In this document: piece by piece, positions 52,420 through 64,000 of the stretch | Layout: the number at the start of each line of letters is the position of its first letter | Numbering within the stretch: the first letter of the stretch is position 1 | Origin: Octopus sinensis | Taxonomy: Eukaryota | Assembly (NCBI RefSeq): GCF_006345805.1 | Contig: NC_042997.1 | Coordinates: 20,460,001-20,524,000 of the forward strand | DNA length: 64,000 bases | Direction: 5' to 3' | Notes under the pieces: model-generated | Told to the model about the DNA's origin: nothing | Databases searched by the model: none | The model's input: the letters and a program-made list of their open reading frames with translations, nothing else | Program-made: the position numbers and the translations under genes

Positions 52420-52467
52420 ATCCAAGAATTGCTATGTCGCCCGGATCTTATCTACTCTGTTCTTTAC

Positions 52468-52516
<49 letters not shown>

Positions 52517-52781
52517 GGCTTCTTTCAGTTTCCACCTACCAAATCCACTTACTAGGCCTTGGTCAGCCCAGGACTATAGTAGAAGACACTTGCCCAAGAT
52601 GTCATACAGTGGGACTGGTCCTAGAATCATCTGAATGGGAAGGAAACTTCCTACAACACAGCTCTATGCTTGTGCCTTAAGATTTAATTCTAAGCCTTAG
52701 GCTTCTCTGAGTTAAAGGAGCCACCCATTTTTGAAGGCCCTAGGAAATAGCCCTATTGGCTTATGCATAAATCCAGCCCTG
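51959..52781. mobile_element. hAT-like MITE with perfect 8-bp TSD, interrupted by a SINE
   Basis: TIRs cagggccgtattta / taaatccagccctg; TSD tgtttctc at 51951-51958 and 52782-52789. Confidence 0.9.
52139..52677 (-). mobile_element. SINE family A nested in the hAT MITE
   Basis: Reverse-complement match to family A head, body and tail. Confidence 0.85.
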
Positions 52782-53121
52782 TGTTTCTCACACCTGGCCA
52801 AATTTTAGTACAGCTCTTAATAAAAAACCAAAATTAAAACAGAATCAAAATAAGAGTACAAGAGAATAGAATTACAGTTTTAGAAGGCAGAATGAAAATC
52901 TACTATTATGGCAGCATGTCAAAATGCATCCAGTACATTCTGTAAAATGGTTGGCCATAGGAAGGGCATTTAGCCATAAATGCCAAAAATAAAATGTGCT
53001 ACTAAAATATGGTCTCCCTAACCATCTAGGTGAGTAGCAACTGTGAATAAGAACTGATTCAGACTGTTACAACCCATCGAAACCCATGCCAGCATGGACC
53101 AAGGAAATAATAATAACCCTA

Positions 53122-53293
53122 ATGGTTTCAAACATTGCCACAAAATCAGCAATTTTGGGGGAGGGGATGAGTCAATTACATCAACTCCAGTGTTTTGCTG
53201 GTACTTATTTTATCAACCCTGAAAGGATGAAAGACAAAGTCGATCTTGGTAGAATTTGAACTCAGAATGTAGCAACAGCCAGCTTACCACCTT
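53122..53293 (-). mobile_element. SINE family B, tail type 3 (internally deleted), next to (AAT)n at 53294-53378
   Basis: tttatcaaccctgaaaggatgaaagacaaagtcgatcttggtagaatttgaactcagaa. Confidence 0.8.
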
Positions 53294-53303
53294 AATAATA
53301 ATA

Positions 53304-53381
<78 letters not shown>

Positions 53382-55759
53382 TGGTGATGATGATGATGAT
53401 GATGATAATAACAACGATAACAATTATATTGTAATGAAATGTCACTAAGCATTTTGATCCACTTTATTTTATTGACCCCAAAATGATGACAGTCAGAGAA
53501 AATAATACTAAGCATTTTGTCTGATGTGCTGATAATTCTGCCAATAATAAGAATATTTTCTTTATTAGCCACTAGGGATTGAATATATACAAGAAAAAAT
53601 ACATAACTTTCATTAGATTTTAGAAACAGCAAAGAGAAGAAAATGTAGAGTATGGAAAACCACGTTTAATAACATGAATAAAAAGGAAAAATATTATACA
53701 ATATATGGAAGGATGTATTAAACTTTTGAAAGGTACACATGCACACATACAAATGCACATGCTCACACACATATGTACGCACATACATAAATACATATAT
53801 ACACATGTATACATACATATTTGCATGAGAATAAATAAAAGAGACTGATAAAATGCAGGATGATTAAAACTAGATAGAATTAAAAGAAATATCAATTAAA
53901 GATTACTAGTTAGGTTGAGTTCGTACACTCAGTGACTGGGTTTATTTAGCTTCTCAAATTATGTTAGAGTGAAAATGAATGCACCAGTAAGCACTTATTA
54001 AATATTTGCTGTTGTGAAATACCAAGAGCTTGAGGGCATTCACTTTTAAGTTTGGTGTGATAGCTTAGTTTTAATTTTATTGGAAATCTATCTTTTACTT
54101 GTTAATTATATTCTGAACCTGTTTTTATCTCATTATAATGTCTTCAGAAAGTTGATGGCACCACAAATGCATAAATTTGTCTCTAAACTGTTTGTTTGAT
54201 TTTCAAAGAATAGTGAATCTTAGCTCAGCTTTATTCTCTTCATTGTCAATTGTTATTTTCTGGAGGAGGGATTTTATTGTTGTTTCAAATAAATTGTTCC
54301 TCTTCATCTGTTTTTGTTGTTTTACATTGAGTCTTATGTTTCTGCAATTTCTTTGTTTTCCCTTTTATATTTTCACCAATTGTTTTGTAAATTTTCATCT
54401 GTAAAAATTATTTCTTACTTACTGTACGATGAAGATTTGCTACAACATATTTGCACTATTAGGCGATGAGACATTTTTTCATGTTCCCAATATTGGGCAT
54501 AAAGATGTTTCCCTTGCTAACCTGAGAATTTTGGCTGGTGAAGCTCTAAATGCTGGGGTTTGTTGAAGTATTCTTTTTGCTTTTTGTGTTGCTGTTAATC
54601 TTCTTTAATTTAATTTTCTTTTTCTTTTCAGTTAATTATTTCAATTTTTTCAGGGTACTCAACTCTAAGGAGGGTTTTACCCCAACAAAAGTCGCAGCTA
54701 GGTTTTCTGTCCTGTATTACTTTGTTGTAGCACCTACTAAGTACAGTTCCAACACAGTTTTGTAGTCATTGGATGTCATTAGGACTTGCAAATCCACTTT
54801 GACATCTCCTGACTTTTTCTCAACCTTGCTTTGACCACTCACTCATACTGCAATACAACAGTCATACCTAGCTATGGATTTATGTTGCTGCTGATGTCTT
54901 TTATTGTTCCATTTGTAATTTTTGACTCATGTACTGGTACTTAAATTCATATTTAGAGATATATTTGACAATTTCAGCTATGTTTCAGTTATATATTCAA
55001 TTTCAAAAGTATAAAAACAGAGCTACAGCTATGCCTTTTTTTAATCAATAAAACTTCTGAAGAAACAGAGAGAGCCTGTGCAAGAAAATCTATAAATTTT
55101 CCATTCTTTTTTATAAACATATATTTATAATTTTTCTCTTTGCCTGACCATAAATTTGATCCCATGGCAAAGAAATGATGTTAAGTTTTACAAAATTTTC
55201 CTACCTACATTTTTTACTTATGATTGTGATAGATCTAAAAATTCCTTAAGTTAAGAGAAGGTCTGTCTTAATACAACTGTTGTATGAATGGACAGCAGCA
55301 TCTGAATTTGTGTAAGTCACAACTGCTGTTGTTACTATTACTATTGTTGCTTTCAAGATTACTTATTTGGGTATTTGAGATATTTTCTTCTTTTAATTCT
55401 TCACTCTTTTTAGTATGTTCAATTGTGTGTTTTGATTTTGTGCTAGTTTTGGCCTTTGTAGAATTTAGTCTTGTAGCACAATTGTGTGAAGTAGCTGTTT
55501 TGAATGGGAAAATTTTGCTGAGGTCAAATTTCTCTCAACTTCCTTTCGGGGTTGATGAAAAAAAAATTACCAGTCAGGTAATGGGATGATGTAACTGACT
55601 AGGCCTCTCCTGCCAAATTTCTGGCCTTGTGCCTAATATCAGAAACAACAACAACAATAAATGTAGGGTAAGACAACTAATGAATATATGATTAGACAGA
55701 TGTGCCAAAATTTCCCTTAGAAGAGGTAAGTTAATTAAAACTCACAACATTGAGACAGA

Positions 55760-56030
55760 TTTAGACACCAAAATCTGATAATTAAAACAGAACAAGCCAT
55801 AAAAGTAGGTATCGATAAAACTGATAAGATACAACAGAGATATGAAAGAGAAAATTAAAATAAAACAGACTATTCCAGAATAGAGTAGACTGATATCAAA
55901 ACACAGACTTAATGCCAGAAAAGCAGTGATAGTTATCAATGCACTAGACATCTCAGACATTGATTTCACCATCAATATAATATACTGAAAGTTAAGTGAA
56001 CTGGTGTTGCTAAAGGCAGACATCCACTAT
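55760..56030 (+). pseudogene. Decayed R4/Dong-like LINE fragment (post-RT region)
   Basis: MKEKIK...RLISKHRLNARKAVIVINALDI...II.*KLSEL resembles the MKEK...R.ILKSELNA.N.I.AIN.LA motif. Confidence 0.45.
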
Positions 56031-56475
56031 GCTTCAGATATGTGGTTCAGTCTCAATTGATGACTGTACCTCAGAATGTAAAGGAACATAAATAAATAGC
56101 TTTATGCATTTAGAACTACAGTTTACCATTTCTACCATTCCATCTGACACAATACAGATTGCAATAGTGTTAGTATTTTTTTTTATGAAGGCATATGATT
56201 AAGTAGTTAGGATATTCAGCTCATGATTATAAGATCATGTGTTCCAATCCTGTGCCAAGCAATAAGCACCTTTCAGTAAGGTACTTAATCTTTTTATTGT
56301 GCCAATCTACTCAGATATAACTAGTACCAGGCAGATGATGGTGCAGTTCTCTTTCCCCTCCAGTTGTCACATCCAAGAAGTTACGTTAGATCAAAAGTTA
56401 GAGGATTGAGAAGGTGTCTGCTTTGTGTCAACACAGGCATTTAAAATGATTAGCAATCATATAGTACATATTACC

Positions 56476-56696
56476 TATTTCTTTACTACCCACAAAGGGG
56501 CTAAACATAGAGGGGACAAACGGATTAAGTTGATTACATCGACCCCAGTGCGTCACCGGTACTTAATTTATCAACCCTGAAAGGATGAAAGGAAAAGTTG
56601 ACCTCGGCGGAATTTTACCTCAGAACACATCGGCGAACGAAATACCGCTAAACATTTTGCCCAGCATGCTAAAGATTCTGCCAGCTCACCACCTTT
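56476..56696 (-). mobile_element. SINE family B, tail type 1, with 17-bp TSD
   Basis: TSD atatagtacatattacc at 56459-56475 and 56699-56715. Confidence 0.92.
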
Positions 56697-56885
56697 TAAT
56701 ATAGTACATATTACCAAACAATACATACTCATGTGAGATAACTGATGCTTAGTGAACAGATCAACAAAAAACTAGACATTGTATTTAAAAATCACCACCC
56801 TAAAGCTTGGATATAACAATGAGATGCCTAGAGAAACATAGAATTATTCAAATGGAAAACTGTTGCAATATAATCATATCTGTAT

Positions 56886-57035
56886 ACATTCTGAGTTCAA
56901 ATACTGCTGAGGTTGACTTTGCCTTTCATCCTTTCAGGGTTGATAAAATAAGTACCAGTTGAACACTGAGACCATTGTAATCAACTTGCCCACTCCCTCA
57001 AAATTGCTAGCCTTGTGCCAAAAATGTGAAATCAA
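56886..57035 (+). mobile_element. 5'-truncated SINE family B, tail type 3
   Basis: ttctgagttcaaat...gcctttcatcctttcagggttgataaa...gccttgtgccaaaaatgtgaaa. Confidence 0.8.
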
Positions 57036-57473
57036 TATAACCACGTCAGTTCTTGAAAAATATTTAGAAGCAAGCGAAGGTAGACTAATTGGCAACAAAA
57101 AAGAAGAAGACTTATTTATGCGTATATGAGAAACAATAAAGTGCAAACGAAAAACCTAATTACAGAAAGAAAAGTGATTTATAAAAGGACTAAGCAACGA
57201 AAAGTTAAAAAGCAAACGAAAAATATAATCAAAGAACTCTGAAAATTAATTAGGGTAAAATATAAAGAAATATTTCTTTATGATCAACATCTGTAGAATT
57301 GAATAATAGAGAAGTGAGAGAGTACAAAACCAAAATGGTGAAAATCCCCACACTAAAGGTAGAAACTGGAAACTTGATTTAAGCTCCACAAAATCAATGT
57401 GTAACTATGAATAATATCAAATAAGAGGCTAACATTCACTGACTGACTACTAAGCAGTTACAAATGGTTTTTA

Positions 57474-57510
<37 letters not shown>

Positions 57511-58049
57511 GCATGTTTGTATGTATATATATATATAGAGAGAGAGAGATATATACATACATATATATGTATGTATACATATATATATATAGGTATATAT
57601 GTATGCATGAATGTATGTATAAATGTATGTATACACACACACACACACACACATATAAATACATATATGAATACAAATATATATGCTTGTTTCATGTGGA
57701 TGTGAATTTGTCTGTACTTTGTGCTTATTATCTTTGAAAAAATATCTTTGAAAAAATACAAATATTAGCAACAAAATTGAAGTACTTGTGCTTTACGAAT
57801 GAAATCCCCTATGATATTTATTTTTCATTAAGTTAGTTACTTCATTTTCATTTTCTCTCTTAAAAATCAGTGAGATATTGGAAATAAGCAATGATACTAA
57901 TGATAACAAAATTTGTTTTAATATAAAATAAAGAATCAAATTTAAGAAACCACAAACCACATCATTGTAAAGATAGGCTATATCAACAGATATGATAAAG
58001 AAGGTACTTATATCTATTAAAAACAGAATCAATAATTATTGGTGCACTA

Positions 58050-58760
58050 AATATCACATAAGAGAAAATTAAAACTATACAAAGGCTCAGAACTTTGCTT
58101 ACAATCTAAAAATAGCCCTACAAGATACATCCTGCATTCTGCCGAAAACTCTTTCAAATGAGTAACACAACTCACATAGCATATGTTTCATGCAGTGACC
58201 TCTTAAATTTATAACCAAACAAGAAGGAACACAAACCAAACCAAATGCAAAGTACACCAAATTATTATACTGTGCACACTTGAGGAAAACTGTGATGCTG
58301 TGAAACATATTCATGAAACAACTGAAAGCATTTATCAACAAAGACAAATGGAAAAAACCTTTGCATGATCGCATGAAAAAACAATTGATCACATCCTTTA
58401 TGGCTGCCAATTTCTGACAAGGAAAGAATATATCCAGAGCCATAACTGGGGAGATAACTATATCTTTTGAACAATATGCTGACAACTCTATATGAAATCA
58501 GAGAATCGGTGGTATAAGCATTCACTAAATCCAATATCGATATGTAACAAAGATATGGCTACAATGCCCTCAGACATGTCTTCACATACTGAGAAAGAGA
58601 TCAAAGTGAACTACACAGATATAATTACGAAAGAAAGGAAAACCTATACAGTATGAAAGACATTTTGATCTCCACCAACATTGCTTGGGAAGAAGTTGAA
58701 AATCTATCATAGTTTTAGGAAATATCATGGTTTAAGGAATGAAAATAAGCAAAGTGTAGA
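58050..58760 (+). pseudogene. Decayed R4/Dong-like RLE LINE C-terminal fragment
   Basis: TIDHILYGCQFLTRKEYIQSHN...YIF*TIC resembles ETIDHI.SGC..LA..EY..RHD...YIHW.IC. Confidence 0.55.
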
Positions 58761-59242
58761 TATGAGAGTTAAGATATTGATGATGATGATGATGACGACG
58801 ACGACGACGACGATGACGACGATGATAATAATCTTTTGTTTTAGCTGCAAGGGCATGTATAGAGTAAAAAATACATATCTTTCACTTGGGGAAACAGGGA
58901 ACAGTGCAGCATGAAAGACAAGATACAAGTATAAAAAGCGGTGTGCGAAACATTATATATGAAAGGAAATATTAAGATTTTAAAAGTATTGAAGTAAATA
59001 TAAAAAGTAAAATAAAACACACAAAGATGATTGTCTAGAATGGACTTTGGCTCTCCACAACCCTTCCAATAACAAATTCTTGAATTGTGTAGGAATGCAA
59101 TACAATGTGCACTTTGAAGGAGGGGGTGACATAAGATTATCTGGGGGCCATTGGATGTTGTAAAACTCCATCTTCAGTCAAATGCTTTCTAAAAATTGTT
59201 GTAATGTCTTGATTTTATTTTTACTCATAAACTTCTTTTGCA

Positions 59243-59656
59243 TACTCTTTTACTCTTTTACTTGTTTCAATTATTTGACTGTGGCCATGCTGGAGCACCA
59301 CCTTTAGTCGAGCAAATCGATCTCAGGACTTATTCTTTGTAAGCCTAGTACCTTATTCTATCGGTCTCTTTTGCCAAACTGCTAAATTACAGAGACATAA
59401 ACACACCACCATCGGTTGTCAAGCAATGTTGGGGGTACAAACACAGACACACAAACATATACACACACATACATATATATATATATACACATATATACGA
59501 TGGGCTTCTTTCAGTTTCGGTCTACCAAATCCACTCACAAGGCTTTGGTCGACCCAAAGCTATAGTAGAAGACACTTGCCCAAGGTGCCACACAATGGGA
59601 CTGAACCCGGAGCCATGTGGTTCATAAGCAATCTACTTACCACATAGCCACTCCTA
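59243..59656 (-). mobile_element. SINE family A, full length
   Basis: Reverse complement of 43292-43705. Confidence 0.92.
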
Positions 59657-59803
59657 CTGATTATATTCTGAATCTAATTGTTTTTTTGCTATTCTAACTT
59701 CTTTAGAAATTCTTTGGCTCCACAAGGAATAATTTTTAACTATTAATTGCTTTTTTCTAATTTTGAAGGGCAATGAATTGTAGTTTTTCTTTTATCCTCC
59801 TCA

Positions 59804-59862
<59 letters not shown>

Positions 59863-60413
59863 GAGTGAGAGAGCAATGCATGCCATCAAAGTGACACTGG
59901 GGTAAAATATACGAAGCCCAGTATACCCATCATGACTACTTGTCTGATAAGGGTACACCAGGCACATGCATCACAACCATATGTGCGCGACATGGTGATC
60001 TCATATCAAGATAAACAGCACATGAACTTGCAGGTGGACCCAGTTAGAATTTTCTTCTGGTCAAGTAACCCATCCTGTTCTAAAGGTCCCTGAATAAGGA
60101 TTGTTTAAGGATGTTGAACAAACCACCCATGTTTCCAAAGGTGAATTATCCAAACCCCAAGAATTCTTTCAACACATGGCTATGATGCTCCTCCACTACT
60201 TCTGCTTGTAATCAGAGATGCACATATCGTCAGCCACTAAGGGACATACTCAACTGGTTAAGGTCAAGCAACTGACGAGCAAATCTGTGGTATTGAGCAG
60301 AATATTTACTGTAGCCCATCTTTTATACCAAGACAAAACAATGTACATGATAAAACTTCCAATCAGTTAAGATCAGCAGCCATGAGAGTCACTGCCTGGT
60401 ACTGTATCAGGGA

Positions 60414-60416
<3 letters not shown>
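59863..60416. mobile_element. ~555-bp non-coding element embedded in (ATT)n; family unidentified
   Basis: Complex sequence with sharp ends between (ATT)n at 59808-59862 and 60417-60470; no TIR, no obvious A/B box and no ORF recognised. Confidence 0.55.
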
Positions 60417-60462
<46 letters not shown>

Positions 60463-60469
60463 TTAATTA

Positions 60470-61345
60470 TCATCTTTCAATTCTGTTTCCATTTCTTGTC
60501 GAGGGTCTTCCTGACACCTAGAGCAGAGAAACGCACTGTGTACATTGGTAAGGCATTAAAATAAACACACCAAATTGTTCATTTACAACGTCATGTGATA
60601 GAGAAAAAAGGGGAGAAAGACAGAAAGAAAAGAAATAAAAATTAAAAAAAAAGCAACAAAGAAAATAAAGAGGAAAAGGGTAAGAGTGACACAATGTTCT
60701 TCTTAATACATGTGATGTACCAGTTAAAGCAATCTTTTGTATTTCCTGTATGGATGGTAAGCCAGGGATCATTCTTAAATAATTTTCACTTCCTGTTTTG
60801 ATCCTTCCAAGTGCTCCTACAGTCATTGGTATTGTAACCATCTTGAGATGCCACATCTTTTTGATTTCGATTAGCAAATCTTTATATTTTTTGAGCTTAT
60901 CAAATTATTTTACCTAGATATTGTGGTCACAGGGTATGCTCATGTCACTCAATAAACAGACTTTATTGTTTTGGTCTTTCACAACAATATCTGGTTTATT
61001 TGCCTTGATGGTCCGGTCTGTACATACTGCGAAGTCCCAAAGAATAGTTACATTTTCTCCCTCAATTACAGCCTCAGGATCATGCTTCTACCATTTGTCA
61101 GCAGTTTTGATTTTATAATGCCAACACATTATCCAGTGTAGATATTGGCCAACACTGTCATATTTTGCTTTGTACGCTACAGGTGCTAAAACCTTACATC
61201 CAGAGATTAGGTGGTCCACTGTTTCTACCCCATCATGGCACTTTGGATCTACACCATTTTCATTCACATTGGCTTGATAGTTCTGGGTCAATAAGCTCTG
61301 ATCTTGGGCAGCCAAGATAAGGCCTTCACTCTCTGCCTGTAGCTA
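60470..61345 (-). mobile_element. 5'-truncated R4/Dong-clade LINE (CCHC + restriction-like endonuclease + 3' UTR) in a (TAA)n tract
   Basis: EGLILAAQDQSLLTQNY...ETVDHLISGCKVLA...YLHW...ILWDF..CTDRTIKANKPDIVVKD...DMSIP...KLKKYKDLLIEI..MW...VGALG...IQKIALTGTSHVLRRTL. Confidence 0.92.
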
Positions 61346-61371
61346 ATTTGGTAGAGCAGAGGACTGTAATA

Positions 61372-61560
<189 letters not shown>

Positions 61561-62559
61561 ATGCACAGGGTATGGAAAAGAAAAACATGAAAACAAATAC
61601 AAACACAAATATATATACACACCAAGGCTTTGAATTTTACAACCCATACATTTTATGCAAGTCTTTTTGAATTTAATAGTACAACTCACACAATATACTT
61701 TCTACACAATTATCTCCTACAACTATAACACAATCCACACAAAATATATGCAATGCGATCACTGCCAAATAAAAAAGCTTAGCTTGCACAACATATATTA
61801 CATACACAAAACAAACAAGACACTAAATAAGCACGAGAAACAACAAAATACATCCAACATCACAACAATTTGATTGTGGACACATTATATGGTTAACTGT
61901 GTGTATTCATGTACAACAACAAAAACTATGACAATTTTTTTTTTCCAAAGTTCATGAGGTTTAATGATGCTCACTACAGAAAGCAGACCCTGCTGGATTT
62001 ATAAAAGACAAACAAAATATTTTCATGAAAATACACCATAAAAATCAGGGCATTTAAAATAGAATTTAAATGTGTCAATAAACGTGCTGGTATGAAAGGT
62101 GGCATATTTTTAATGTGTATTGTGTGTTAATACACATTTTTATATGTGAGAGATATTTGTCTAATGTTAATAATCAGCAAAAGCATGAAAAAAATCGCTC
62201 ATCATCCGGTCTTTAAGTGAGGTTTGTAAGTTCAAAGTATCATGTATTTGTTATTTGTGAAAGTGCATGTATTTTGATAGGACAAAAGGCATAATTTATG
62301 ATATAAGATTAAATTCTGTTGACAAAACATGCCTCTGTTGATCATGTTAGCAAAAATATGATGCATGAAATGGAATACCATAATTAGTAGCATTTGTTTG
62401 TGATTTGTGTGAGATTGAAGCTGGCAATCTATTAAGTACGTTGTTCAATTAATCTGTAATAAATCTTTGATTCTAGGATTTCATAAAGGACCAAAGATTC
62501 CAGAAAGTAGTTAGTCAATTCAGCTCTTTAGTGGAATTAGGATAATCAGTAGTAGCTAA

Positions 62560-64000
62560 AGGTTATGGAAAAGAATGGGAAGCAAAGAATCATGTTAGAA
62601 AGATAAAAAGGAAGCATGACACCAGGTTTACCTAGCTAGGACAGAAGCAAAAAGGAAGAGGTTTGCTAATGGCCTACAGTGTGAAGATCGGAGACTTGAG
62701 GTGTTCCAGATTGTGTCAAAGAGAATCAAGATATTGTGATATTGTGGGAGAGAAGTATGTGCAGATGGATAATGGTATGCTTGCACTTAGTGACCCAGAC
62801 AAGAAAAAGGTGTGGAAGAATTACTATGCAAAACTATTGAATGTGAAGAATGAATGGGGTAAAGGGAATCTCCCTCATATGAACCCACAGAGGGACCAGC
62901 TATCCTAGTAGCTAGCAGTATGGTAGATAAGGCAATTAAAGATATAAGAACAGGGAAAGTCCTTGGTCTATCTGGAATCACTGCTGAGATCCTCAAAATA
63001 TCTGGTAAAGTAGGATACAAGATAGTCAGCCATATACTTAATCAGGTTATTTAGGAAGGCATAACACTGGTGTGGTAGCATTATTGTTAGCTGCTACAAG
63101 GGTAAGGGAGATGCCTCAGATAGAAGCAATTATAGAGGCATGAAACTCCTGAACCAGGTGATGAAAATTATGGAGAGAGTTACAGCCTAATTAATTAGGA
63201 GCAGAATTAGGCTAGTTAAAATGCAATTCGGCTTAACCCCTGGGAGAAGCAATATTAAGGCTAGTTTCATTGTCAGGCAGCTGCAAGAGAAGTACTTAGC
63301 TAAGAATAAACCATTATACTTGACACTCATTGATCTTGCGAAAGACTTCAACAGAGTACCCTGCTGTGTGATATAGTGTTCTCTGTAGGAGCTCAGGGTT
63401 GATGAGAGGCTGGTGAAAGCTGTACAGGCAATGTACGGAGATACTGTTAGTAAGGTGAGAGTTAACCACGAGTACAGCTCAGTCTTAACCACAAGCATTC
63501 AAGGCTCAGTCTTTGTACCTTCCTGTTCATCATTGTCCTCTAGGTCATAACAAAGGAATTAAAAACCAGCAGCCCCTGAAAACAGCTATATGCTCATGAT
63601 ATTTCCCTCATAGCAGATTCTATATCAAAATTAGAAAAGAAATTCCAGGTGTGGAAGCAAAACCTGGCAGGAATTCTATATGGTGAACTAAGTGTAAGCT
63701 ACCGACATACAAAAGGTGCAGTGGAATAATAGGAAGGTCACCAGAAAAGGTAGTGTTCATATGTGGAAAATGAGCATTTGAGCCATAAAAACTACAAACA
63801 CTCAGGAATTTGATTTTTTCAATTCAGAGACTCATAGAGGTAGCAGATAATTTCTGCTACATAGAGGATCAAATTAGTAGTGGGGGAGGATGTACAGAAA
63901 GTGTGTTAGCGAGTAGAAGAATAGGATGGAGAAAATTCAGAGAGCTTCTTTCTCTGTTGGCAGCCAAATGTTTCTCTCTCCAAGTGAAAGGAAGATTGTA
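62560..64000 (+). pseudogene. RTE(BovB-like) LINE ORF, decayed; runs off the window end
   Basis: YKGKGDASDRSNYRGMKLL, MQFGLTPGRS, FIVRQLQEKY, IDLAKDFNRVP, QGSV, LYAHD (YADD), NFCYIEDQI, IGWRKFRELL. Many stops, frameshifts and deletions. Confidence 0.92.

Noticed and set aside
55268-55522. ~85-codon open frame on the minus strand (…TKKSEELKEENISNTQ…CCCPFIQQLY*)
   Set aside because: Low complexity, weak acceptor, no homology recognised, and it abuts a SINE fragment.

Overview
This is AT-rich, repeat-dense animal DNA. I infer an octopod cephalopod from the SINE/LINE repertoire and the microsatellite density. I found no convincing host protein-coding exon, so the window looks intronic or intergenic, and the listed ORFs are mostly microsatellite or repeat artefacts. 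Supported repeats: about 25 tRNA-derived SINE copies from several families; decayed RTE, R4/Dong-type (RLE), CR1/Jockey-like and Penelope-like (including Naiad-type) retroelements; one full-length dead mariner; hAT-, piggyBac- and pogo-like MITEs; and a 4.65-kb array of 24 units of about 193 bp. The most interesting structures are: (i) a Penelope 3' end built as GIY-YIG C-terminus, then a tRNA-like Pol III module, a (TAA)n tract and a hammerhead-like ribozyme (40587-41030, minus); (ii) a 132-bp inverted pair with 4 mismatches, 8.8 kb apart inside otherwise decayed homology (39691-39822 / 48618-48749); (iii) a Naiad element whose RT and endonuclease halves are joined tail-to-tail; (iv) several foldback elements in or beside (TA)n tracts; (v) a Dong/R4 LINE and an unexplained 555-bp element sitting in tandem in a (TAA)n tract. 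All alignments and family names come from reading by eye and remembered motifs, not from database searches.
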